From Diplonema japonicum (lineage: Eukaryota; Protista; Euglenozoa: Diplonemea), in NCBI GenBank assembly GCA_964019335.1, contig OZ025770.1, forward strand, positions 1-32,737: 32,737 nucleotides of DNA. The letters are read 5' to 3'. Both the position numbers and the translations under genes were made by a program. The notes below the pieces were generated by a model. It was not told the origin of the DNA and did not search any database. It saw only the letters and a program-made list of their open reading frames with translations. Positions 10,330 to 22,009 of the stretch are shown one piece after another (position 1 is the first letter of the stretch; the number at the start of each line of letters is the position of its first letter).

Positions 10330-13300
10330 TCATGAGGATGGTGGCGGTATACTCTACCAACCATGTACCTCATAATGAGGAGAACATGCTGGTAAGGATA
10401 CTAACTAAGCATGAATACCTCTAAGCAGTACTATCCTAAGTATGGGCAGACACACAGAGGATGTATCCCCAATACAGATAGTATGATATCAGTAGTACAT
10501 CCTGTAGTACATACCATGGCATAGTACAGAAGGAGATGCCATGTTAGCTGTGCAGTAGATATCTAGTGGCACCATTCCCTGAGAACACAGGAGTATGGAA
10601 CCAGTGGAATACTAGAAGTACTAACACAGGCAATGCCACCAATACACAGAGTGTGTGGCATAGAGCATATCCTACCACCAGTACACACACAGTATGCATG
10701 AGCATATATCCTGTGTAGTGCTACATGTGCAATGGATGCATGTAGTACTGTCATAGGTATCATGGCTAGTACATAGTATGATATCAGTAGCACAGGTATC
10801 CTGAGAGTGGAGGAACCTGTGGAATACTAGAAGTACTAACTCAGAGAATACCAGGAGTATGAAGTACACCATCTCCAGCTAACACAGGTAATACCACCAG
10901 TAGCTGTGGTGGTGCCATGTACTGTATACCATATCATGCACACCAATACATACTGTATGTACATAGGGAATACATAGTATGTAGTGCATAGAGCACAGGG
11001 GATACATACTGTGCTAACTATGATATCTAGTGCTGTCAGTAGTACAGAGGTATCCTGAGAGTAGTGGTAACCCTAAGTTAGGGAAAGTACTAACTCAGAG
11101 AATACCAGGAGTATGGAACTAGGGAAGTACGTCATATCCTAGTAGCACAGGCAATGGCACCAATGCACAGGATGCAGTGCCATGTACTGTATATGATATC
11201 ATGCACACCAATACATACTGTATGTACATAGGGAATACATAGTATGTAGTGCATAGAGCACAGGGGATACATACTGTGCTAACTATGATATCTAGTGCTG
11301 TCAGTAGTACAGAGGTATCCTGAGAAGGGTAGTGATCCCAGAGAAGCAGTGGGATCAGGAGAACCACTAACTTGGGGAATCCCTGAAGTAGTACATCCCT
11401 GGTAACACAGGTAATACCACCAGTAGCTGTGGTGGTGCCATGTACTGTATATGATATCATGCACACCAATACACACAGTATGCATGAGCATATATCCTGT
11501 GTAGTGCTACATGTGCAATGGATGCATGTAGTATATCCTGTAGTACATACCATGGCATAGTACAGAAGGAGATGCCATGTTAGCTGTGCAGTAGATATCT
11601 AGTGGCACCATTCCCTGAGAACACAGGAGTATGGAACCAGTGGAATACCAGGAGTACTAACACAGGTAATGCCACCAATACACTGAGTGTGTGGCATAGA
11701 GCATATCCTACCACCAGTACACACACAGTATGCATGAGCATATATCCTGTGTAGTGCTACATGTGCAATGGATGCATGTAGTACTGTCATAGGTATCATG
11801 GCTAGTACATAATATGATATCAGTAGCACAGGTATCCTGAGAGTGGAGGAACCTGTGGAATACTAGAAGTACTAACTCAGAGAATACCAGGAGTATGAAG
11901 TACACCATCTCCAGCTAACACAGGTAATACCACCAGTAGCTGTGGTGGTGCCATGTACTGTATATGATATCATGCACACCAATACATACTGTATGTACAT
12001 AGGGAATACATAGTATGTAGTGCATAGAGCACAGGGGATACATACTGTGCTAACTATGATATCTAGTGCTAGGAGTAGTACAGAGGTGTGCAGAGGGAAT
12101 ACCAGAAGTAGTGGAATCATGAGAACTAAATAAACCACTAATCTGGAGAAGTACGAAGGATAGGAACAGGGGCATATCTAGTAGCACAGGCAATGGCACC
12201 AATGCACAGGATGCAGTGCCATGTACTGTATACCATATCATGCACACCAATACATACTGTATGTACGTAGGGAATACATAGTATGTAGTGCATAGAGCAC
12301 AATGGAGGCATGTAGTACTACCATAGATAATAGGGTGTCTAGAGGATAGGTCATATGGGGTGATTATGGGCATACCCAAAATACCACTTTATTGGTAGGT
12401 ACCTCATTCTATTCGAAGACTCAAGGGAATGGTCCCAGACCAATTCTGAGAAATGATATCCCCTTTTTGGGAAAAGGCCCGGTGAGCCTCGGACCTCATT
12501 TCAGGCCTAAAAGGGGGTATCTAGGTGTACAGGGTATATCTAGTAATATGTAGGTAGTACATTATCCCTTGTATACTGTAGTATTAGGGACATGTAGTGC
12601 TACCATTAGTACAGACAGTGTAACACAGTGAATATGTTGTTGCACCAGTATTCACACAGTGTATCTAAGTAAGTAACTATGGAAGTACATGTTAATAGTA
12701 AGTACATCATCCCAGAAGGGTGTGGCTATACATCTGGGGATACCTGTGGGGAGCATATACAGGTGGTAGTACAGACACACTGTTTAGCTAAGTACCATAA
12801 CACAGGAACATAGACAGTGTGAAGTACGTAATACCACAGTATGCATGGGATAACAGTAAGTACAGTAACTACACATTATCAGAGAACAGCAGAGAGTATG
12901 TAACCCCTAGGTATCCTTAGAAAGGGTGCTTTAACCTGGGGATTAGGGTGTAGAGACCTGTATATGGACTCATGTCCTTACGCGCGCGCGCGCGCGTGGG
13001 GGATATAGCGAGGTAATTCTACGAATTCATCCGTAGTGTCCCACAAGGGTTTCAGGAATTGCATAGCTACAGGGACGTAAACCCCTAGATTGGGACCCTC
13101 GGAACCCTTAGATCCTGGGGTTAGGGATGCTAGGACCTGTTAGCAGAGGTACGGAGGCCTGTGGGGAGTATATCCAGAGGTACTGATATCCATAACATAC
13201 AAGAGGAAGCACACTGTTTAGCTAAGTACAGTAACACACTACACACTAACACAGAGAGTAACACAGACAGTGTGTAGTAATACATGTAGTAGCACAAGCA

Positions 13301-15092
13301 GTGCTCCAGAAGGGTGTAGCTATACATCTGGGGATAACACCAACTAACAGGAACACCAGCAGAAGGGTGTGTTCTCTGGGGGTAGCACAAGTAGGGTGTC
13401 TGGTGGTGGTATCTCATAACAGGGGATTCCATAGCAGGGCACGTCTGGGGGCCTGTAGTAAGTACCTGTTAGCAGAGACACACACTGTTACCAGGGACAC
13501 ACACTGTTAGCAGAGAGTATGTAACCACTGGTATGGGGTAGTACATTATCCCTTGTATACTATGGTATTAGCCCCTACACACTGTCTACTAACTAACCCC
13601 TTGTCTACACACTGTCTACTAACCCCTATGTATTAGACCCTTATCCTAACCCCTCTCTGTACCCCCCTTATATTGGGGGTCCTATACCCTACCCCTTTGG
13701 GGACACCTTGGGGGCACCTTACTATCCTAACAGTTATCCTTACGCGCGCGCGCGCGCGCGTGGGGGATATAGCGAGGTAATTTGCATAATTCTTACGTAG
13801 TGTCCCACAAGGGTTTCAGGAATTGGAGGGCTACAGGGACGTAGATATTCTCTGGGACGTAGCGGGTTAATTTGCAGAAATCACCCGTAGGAGCCCAGAG
13901 AGGTGTCCCAATATTGGAGGGCTACAGGGACGTAAACCATTCCAGGGCTCCTACGGGGTAATTCTACGAATTCACCCGATACAGCCCTGAAGGGGTTCAG
14001 GAATCGGAGGGCTACAGGGACGTAAACCCCTAGCATGCCCCTTATCCAGCCCTTCTGGGACCCCTCAATATACCCTCCTATTACCACCTATAATACTATC
14101 ATTACATACTATGTAAGTACTGTGTATGTATCATATATCTATCCCATGTATACGGGGATATATGTACATGCATAATACTAGTATTACATAATGATGTACT
14201 AACTGTATTAATGGTATCATAACCCTACTCATCCCCTCATGACATCATCCTGGGGATGGGGACCCCTTCTCTAGATCCCAGGATCCCAGGGGTGGAGACC
14301 CAACCTCTAGATCCCAGGATCCCTAGCTTGGATACCATCTCTAGACACCACCACATCCTGAGAGTGTCTGTAGAGATACCTATAATACTACTATTACATA
14401 CTATGTAAGTACTGTGTATGTATCATATATCTATCCCATGCATACGGAGGATATATGTACATGCATAATACTAGTATTACATAATGATGTACTAACTGTA
14501 TTAATGGTATCATAGCTCTACTCATAATGGTAGCCCCTCATGACATCATCCTGGGGATGGGGACCCCTTCTCTAGATCCCAGGATCCCAGGGGTGGAGAC
14601 CCAACCTCTAGATCCCAGGATCCCTAGCTTGGATACCATCTCTAGACACCACTACATCCTGAGAGTGTCTGTAGAGATACCAGCATACTACTTATCATGT
14701 AAGTACTCTGTGTAGTAGTACATACAGTATATGATATACATGTACTAGCACTAACACAGTGTGTATGCCTACTTATCATAGTAGTAGTATTATCATATCA
14801 TGGCATGATGGTACATCCTAAGGATGCCAGCATATCCAGAGAGTGGGGAGAACACACCATCTCTCTAGCCATGACATCATGGAGCATACCACTAACGGTA
14901 TCATTACCATAGATCATGTCATGCATGGATCATGGGATGTACAGAGTAGAGGTATTATCTACTAGAAGAGCAGCTGTGCTCTCTAGCCATACCATCTACA
15001 GAGTATGCTGGCAGTATACTCTAGTAACCATGTACCTCATATCCTAGTCATGAGGATGGTGGCGGTATACTCTACCAACCATGTACCTCATA
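10330..15092. repeat. Constant region, unit 3 (type I with small indels)
   Basis: Markers at 10563/11599 (1036 apart); A/T-tract segment at ~12325-12525; small deletion near 12908 and duplication near 13600 relative to units 1-2. Confidence 0.92.
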
Positions 15093-15452
15093 CTGTAGCT
15101 ACTCCATTATCCCTAGAGAAGGGAATGGTGATGGTGTATATCCTAGGCAACAATGCCTGTGGGGAATACCACCAGTACTGTGAGTAGTACATCCTAGCTA
15201 AGCAGAGAAGGAGATGCTCCTGCTCATGCTATGGCTGCATCAGTACTGTCATACTATCAGTAGGATATACTGTAGTAAGTACAGTGCTACGTACTCATGC
15301 CAATGCATGTAGTGCTACCAGTACTATCAGTAGGATATACTGTAGTAAGTACAGTGCTACGTACTCATGCCAATGCATGTAGTGCTACCAGTACTATCAG
15401 TAGGATATACTGTAGAGCAGAGAAGGAGATGCTCCTGCTCCTATCACCAATG

Positions 15453-15728
15453 CTAGTGGTACGTAGAGACAGCACCAGGGATGTAACCAGTGCTAACCAT
15501 GTACATGAGCACAAGCACTGTGTGTGTCTCCATGGAAGCATGTGCTGTCCTCTTAGCATATACCATCCTAGCCATGAGGAGAGCAGAGGTGGGAATACTC
15601 CAGAGAGTGCATACGTCATCTAAGACAGAGCATGCATCCCACCATCACCATGTCAGCACTAGTCCTGTGTGTAGTCCTGGATGGGTACGAGACACCACTA
15701 GCTCTGCTAACATACTCAGTACGTACAT
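15453..15728 (-). CDS. Unassigned gene module, hydrophobic; possibly an N-terminal piece of a complex I antiporter-like subunit (nad2-like)
   Basis: With TGA=Trp (15645-15647) one frame spans the whole unique segment: MYVLSMLAELVVSRTHPGLHTGLVLTWWWWDACSVLDDVCTLWSIPTSALLMARMVYAKRTAHASMETHTVLVLMYMVSTGYIPGAVSTYH (91 aa). It is absent from the ORF track. The resemblance to Nad2 (Y.K.......E spacing) is weak, and strand and frame are uncertain. Confidence 0.45.
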
Positions 15729-15888
15729 CAGTAAGCACAGTGCTACGTACTCATGCCAATGCATATAGTGCTGTCAGTAGTACAGAGAGTACAGGCATGT
15801 ATATCCTGGGAGTACACACACCAATGCATCCCAGGGATGTGGTGTGCTCTCTAGGGAAGTACATCCTGTAGTATTACCAGTAGATATC

Positions 15889-16080
15889 ATGCTAAGTACA
15901 TACATCATGTGTCTACTCTACATGGGAAGTACTACAAGCAGTGTCTCTGCCTGGATACTAGCTGTAGAGTGTGTCATGCTCTCAGCCATGGTGAGTATGG
16001 AGCATGTGCTGTGGACAAGCAGCAGTGGCTACATCAGTACAGCCATGAGCTGTGTACTAGCCTATGGCATCATGGAGTAC
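15889..16080 (+). CDS. nad4L: NADH dehydrogenase subunit 4L, 5' gene module (fragment)
   Basis: MLSTYIMCLLYMG...WILAVECVMLSAMVS...CVLAYGIME has two Glu residues 36 apart, as in human ND4L E34/E70 and E. coli NuoK E36/E72. ATG at 15889; the C-terminal part is missing. Confidence 0.65.
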
Positions 16081-16238
16081 AAGCAGTAAGTACAATGATA
16101 AGTACTCATACCATTCCTAGCTAACACAGGTAATGCATATAGTGCTGTCAGTAGTACAGAGAGCACAGGCATGTATATCCTGGGAGTACACACACCAATG
16201 CATCCCAAGGATGTGGTGTGCTCTCTAGCCATACCATC

Positions 16239-19200
16239 TCATGAGGATGGTGGCGGTATACTCTACCAACCATGTACCTCATAATGAGGAGAACATGCTG
16301 GTAAGGATACTAACTAAGCATGAATACCTCTAAGCAGTACTATCCTAAGTATGGGCAGACACACAGAGGATGTATCCCCAATACAGATAGTATGATATCA
16401 GTAGTACATCCTGTAGTACATACCATGGCATAGTACAGAAGGAGATGCCATGTTAGCTGTGCAGTAGATATCTAGTGGCACCATTCCCTGAGAACACAGG
16501 AGTATGGAACCAGTGGAATACTAGAAGTACTAACACAGGTAATGCCACCAATACACTGAGTGTGTGGCATAGAGCATATCCTACCACCAGTACACACACA
16601 GTATGCATGAGCATATATCCTGTGTAGTGCTACATGTGCAATGGATGCATGTAGTACTGTCATAGGTATCATGGCTAGTACATAGTATGATATCAGTAGC
16701 ACAGGTATCCTGAGAGTGGAGGAACCTGTGGAATACTAGAAGTACTAACTCAGAGAATACCAGGAGTATGGAACTACACCATCTCCAGCTAACACAGGTA
16801 ATACCACCAGTAGCTGTGGTGGTGCCATGTACTGTATATGATATCATGCACACCAATACATACTGTATGTACGTAGGGAATACATAGTATGTAGTGCATA
16901 GAGCACAGGGGATACATACTGTGCTAACTATGATATCTAGTGCTGTCAGTAGTACAGAGGCATCCTGAGAGTAGTGGTAAGCCTAAGTTAGGGAAAGTAC
17001 TAACTCAGAGAATACCAGGAGTATGGAACTAGGGAAGTACGGAGGTATCCTAGTAGCACAGGCAATGGCACCAATGCACAGGATGCAGTGCCATGTACTG
17101 TATATGATATCATGCACACCAGTACACACAGTATGCATGAGCATATATCCTGTGTAGTGCTACATGTGCAATGGATGCATGTAGTATATCCTGTAGTACA
17201 TACCATGGCATAGTACAGAAGGAGATGCCATGTTAGCTGTGCAGTAGATATCTAGTGGCACCATTCCCTGAGAACACAGGAGTATGGAACCAGTGGAATA
17301 CTAGAAGTACTAACACAGGTAATGCCACCAATACACTGAGTGTGTGGCATAGAGCATATCCTACCACCAGTACACACACAGTATGCATGAGCATATATCC
17401 TGTGTAGTGCTACATGTGCAATGGATGCATGTAGTACTGTCATAGGTATCATGGCTAGTACATAGTATGATATCAGTAGCACAGGTATCCTGAGAGTGGA
17501 GGAACCTGTGGAATACTAGAAGTACTAACTCAGAGAATACCAGGAGTATGGAACTACACCATCTCCAGCTAACACAGGTAATACCACCAGTAGCTGTGGT
17601 GGTGCCATGTACTGTATATGATATCATGCACACCAATACATACTGTATGTACATAGGGAATACGTACTGTGCAGTGCATAGAGCACAGGGGATACATACT
17701 GTGCTAACTATGATATCTAGTGCTAGGAGTAGTACAGAGGTATCCTGAGAGTAGTGGTAACCCTAAGTTAGGGAAAGTACTAACTCAGAGAATACCAGGA
17801 GTATGGAACTAGGGAAGTACGGAGGTATCCTAGTAGCACAGGCAATGGCACCAATGCACAGGATGCAGTGCCATGTACTGTATATGATATCATGCACACC
17901 AATACACACAGTATGCATGAGCATATATCCTGTGTAGTGCTACATGTGCAATGGAGGCATGTAGTATATCCTGTAGTACATACCATGGCATAGTACAGAA
18001 GGAGATGCCATGTTAGCTGTGCAGTAGATATCTAGTGGCACCATTCCCTGAGAACACAGGAGTATGGAACCAGTGGAATACCAGGAGTACTAGCACAGGT
18101 AATGCCACCAGTACACTGAGTGTGTGGCATAGAGCATATCCTACCACCAGTACACACACAGTATGCATGAGCATATATCCTGTGTAGTGCTACATGTGCA
18201 ATGGATGCATGTAGTACTGTCATAGGTATCATGGCTAGTACATAGTATGATATCAGTAGCACAGGTATCCTGAGAGTGGAGGAACCAGTGGAATACCAGG
18301 AGTACTAACTCAGAGAATACCAGGAGTATGGAACTACACCATCTCTAGCTAACACAGGTAATACCACCAGTAGCTGTGGTGGTGCCATGTACTGTATATG
18401 ATATCATGCACACCAGTACATACTGTATGTACATAGGGAATACGTACTGTGCAGTGCATAGAGCACAGGGGATACATACTGTGCTAACTATGATATCTAG
18501 TGCTAGGAGTAGTACTGGGAACATATGATGGTGCCATTAGTACAGACAGTGTATCTAAGTAAGTAACTATGGAAGTACATGTTAATAGTAAGTACATCAT
18601 CCCAGAAGGGTGTGGCTATACATCTGGGGATACCTGTGGGAGCATATACAGGTGGTAGTACAGACACACTGTTTAGCTAAGTACCATAACACAGGAACAT
18701 AGACAGTGTGAAGTACGTAATACCACAGTATGCATGGGATAACAGTAAGTACAGTAACTACACATTATCAGAGAACAGCAGAGAGTATGTAACCACTGAT
18801 AACGGGTGTGCTGTACAGAGGTATCCTTAGAAAGGGTGCTTTAACCTGGGGATTAGGGTGTAGAGACCTGTATATGGACTCATGTCCTTACGCGCGCGCG
18901 CGCGCGTGGGGGATATAGCGAGGTAATTCTACGAATTCATCCGTAGTGTCCCACAAGGGTTTCAGGAATTGCATAGCTACAGGGACGTAAACCCCTAGAT
19001 TGGGACCCCTCGGAACCCTTAGATCCTGGGATTAGGGATGCTAGGACCTGTTAGCAGAGGTACGGAGGCCTGTGGGGAGTACATCCAGAGGTACTGATAT
19101 CCATAACATACAAGAGGAAGCACACTGTTTAGCTAAGTACAGTAACACACTACACACTAACACAGAGAGTAATACAGACAGTGTGTAGTAATACATGTAG

Positions 19201-21022
19201 TAGCACAAGCAGTGCTCCAGAAGGGTGTAGCTATACATCTGGGGATAACACCAACTAACAGGAACACCAGCAGAAGGGTGTGTTCTCTGGGGGCAGCACA
19301 AGTAGGGTGTCTGGTGGTGGTATCTCATAACAGGGGATTCCATAGCAGGGCACGTCTGGGGGCCTGTAGTAAGTACCTGTTAGCAGAGACACACACTGTT
19401 ACCAGGGACACACACTGTTAGCAGAGAGTATGTAACCACTGGTATGGGGTAGTACATTATCCCTTGTATACTGTGGTATTAGCCCCTACACACTGTCTAC
19501 TAACTAACCCCTATGTATTAGACCCTTATCCTAACCCCCCCCTCTCTGTACCCCTTATATTGGGGGGTCCTATACCCTACCCCCTTTGGGGACACCTTGG
19601 GGGCACCTTACTATCCTAACAGTTATCCTTACGCGCGCGCGCGCGCGTGGGGGATATAGCGAGGTAATTTGCATAATTCTTACGTAGTGTCCCACAAGGG
19701 TTTCAGGAATTGGAGGGCTACAGGGACGTAGATATTCTCTGGGACGTAGCGGGTTAATTTGCAGAAATCACCCGTAGGAGCCCAGAGAGGTGTCCCAATA
19801 TTGGAGGGCTACAGGGACGTAAACCATTCCAGGGCTCCTACGGGGTAATTCTACGAATTCACCCGATACAGCCCTGAAGGGGTTCAGGAATCGGAGGGCT
19901 ACAGGGACGTAAACCCCTAGCATGCCCCCTTATCCAGCCCTTCTGGGACCCCTCAATATACCCTCCTATTACCACCTATAATACTATCATTACATACTAT
20001 GTAAGTACTGTGTATGTATCATATATCTATCCCATGTATACGGGGGATATATGTACATGCATAATACTAGTATTACATAATGATGTACTAACTGTATTAA
20101 TGGTATCATAACCCTACTCATCCTCTCATGACATCATCCTGGGGATGGGGACCCCTTCTCTAGATCCCAGGATCCCAGGGGTGGAGACCCAACCTCTAGA
20201 TCCCAGGATCCCTAGCTTGGATACCATCTCTAGACACCACCACATCCTGAGAGTGTCTGTAGAGATACCTATAATACTATCATTACATACTATGTAAGTA
20301 CTGTGTATGTATCATATATCTATCCCATGTATACGGGGGATATATGTACATGCATAATACTAGTATTACATAATGATGTACTAACTGTATTAATGGTATC
20401 ATAGCTCTACTCATAATGGTAGCCCCTCATGACATCATCCTGGGGATGGGGACCCCTTCTCTAGATCCCAGGATCCCAGGGGTGGAGACCCAACCTCTAG
20501 ATCCCAGGATCCCAGGGGTGGAGACCCAACCTCTAGATCCCAGGATCCCTAGCTTGGACCACCATCTCTAGACACCACCACATCCTGAGAGTGTCTGTAG
20601 AGATACCAGCATACTACTTATCATGTAAGTACTCTGTGTAGTAGTACATACAGTATATGATATACATGTACTAGCACTAACACAGTGTGTATGCCTACTT
20701 ATCATAGTAGTAGTATTATCATATCATGGCATGATGGTACATCCTAAGGATGCCAGCATATCCAGAGAGTGGGGAGAACATACCATCTCTCTCTAGCCAT
20801 GACATCATGGAGCATACCACTAACGGTATCATTACCATAGATCATGTCATGCATGGATCATGGGATGTACAGAGTAGAGGTATTATCTACTAGAAGAGCA
20901 GCTGTGCTCTCTCTAGCCATACCATCTACAGAGTATGCTGGCAGTATACTCTAGTAACCATGTACCTCATATCCTAGTCATGAGGATGGTGGCGGTATAC
21001 TCTACCAACCATGTACCTCATA
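16239..21022. repeat. Constant region, unit 4 (type II; ~2.7 copies of a 780-bp repeat, lacks the A/T-tract segment)
   Basis: Markers at 16472, 17252 and 18032 (780 apart). At ~18515-18540 the sequence joins directly to the equivalent of ~980, skipping ~455-975. Confidence 0.92.
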
Positions 21023-21054
21023 CTGTAGCTACTCCATTATCCCTAGAGAAGGGA

Positions 21055-21204
21055 ATGGACTACGTACTGACCTACATGCTGCCATCTCTATGACATGCAT
21101 CCCGTAGTGTGCTACTAACAGAGCTACCACTATCACAGTGGATACGTGGTGAGCATGTGCTTGTGCTCTTCTACGATGGCACACCACGATGCATAGCCTG
21201 TAAG
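21055..21204 (+). CDS. nad8: NADH dehydrogenase subunit 8 (2x[4Fe-4S]), 5' gene module
   Basis: MDYVLTYMLPSLWHASRSVLLTELPLSQWIRGEHVLVLFYDGTPRCIACK (TGA 21091-21093 read as Trp) matches Nad8/NuoI E.GPLSPRFRGEHALRRY..G.ERCIACK. Confidence 0.93.
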
Positions 21205-21227
21205 CACCAGTACAGTGCTACATCCTC

Positions 21228-21398
21228 TAAGGTAAGCAGTGCATGCGCCCCGTCCATTGCCACTGTCCTCCTCCTGAGCCTGCTGGGATAAGATAGTGGG
21301 AGCCTCCTCGCCACTTCCTCCCATTCTATCTGAGGTAAGGTAAGCACCTGTGCTCTCTCTGTGAAGTAGTAGTAGTATTGCAGTAGCACAGTCCTGCG
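21228..21398. other. Unassigned unique GC/C-rich segment, candidate third module
   Basis: Unique sequence inside the cassette with atypical composition; 21239-21335 is flanked by TAAGGTAAGCA direct repeats (21228-21238, 21336-21346). No confident protein match. Confidence 0.4.
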
Positions 21399-21681
21399 TA
21401 CTCATGCCAATGCATGTAGTGCTACCAGTACTATCAGTAGTAAGTACAATGGTAAGTACTCATGCCAATGCATGTAGTGCTACCAGTACTATCAGTAGTA
21501 TATCCTAGCTAAGCAGAGAAGGAGATGCTCCTGCTCATACCATGGCTGCACCAGTACTGTCATACTATCAGTAAGTACAATGGTAAGTACTCATACCATT
21601 CCTAGCTAGCACAGGTAATGCATGTAGTGCTGTCAGCAGCAGTACCACAGCTAAGCAGGCCTGCTACTACATAACCTAGCT

Positions 21682-21891
21682 ATGATCTACTCCACGCATG
21701 CAATGCTGGAAGCTACCAATCTAGCCATAGTAGTATTCATAGCTAGTGGTGCAATGCATGTGCTGTGCATCCTATCCAGGGCATTGTACACCATGAACCT
21801 GTACGTAGAGCTGGTATGGCTCTTAGTACCTACAGCTGTAGTCATCCTACTCATTGCAAGAGTAGTGCTACTCCAATGTGCAGAGGAAGAT
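21682..21891 (+). CDS. cox2: Cytochrome c oxidase subunit 2, 5' gene module (transmembrane part)
   Basis: ATG start, hydrophobic helix, then NLYVELVWLLVPTAVVILLIARVVLLQCAEED, matching Cox2 IE.IWT..P.IIL..IA.PS..LLY..DE. The CuA domain is absent. Confidence 0.88.
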
Positions 21892-22009
21892 GTAGCACAG
21901 GTAATGCATATAGTACTATCAGTAGTACAGAGAGTACAGGCATGTATATCCTGGGAGTACAGACACCAATACATCCCAGGGATGTGGTGTGCTCTCTAGC
22001 CATACCATC

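Noticed and set aside
15365-15619. ORF with LSGVFPPLLSSWLGWYML as a Nad2 GxPP motif
   Set aside because: An in-frame TAG lies immediately upstream (15620-15622), the frame covers only part of the unique segment, and it runs into spacer repeats. Kept only as a weak alternative.
21205-21291. Continuation of the nad8 frame to the TAA at 21289-21291
   Set aside because: After CIACK the expected LC...CP and the second Fe-S motif are missing, so this is read-through beyond the module.
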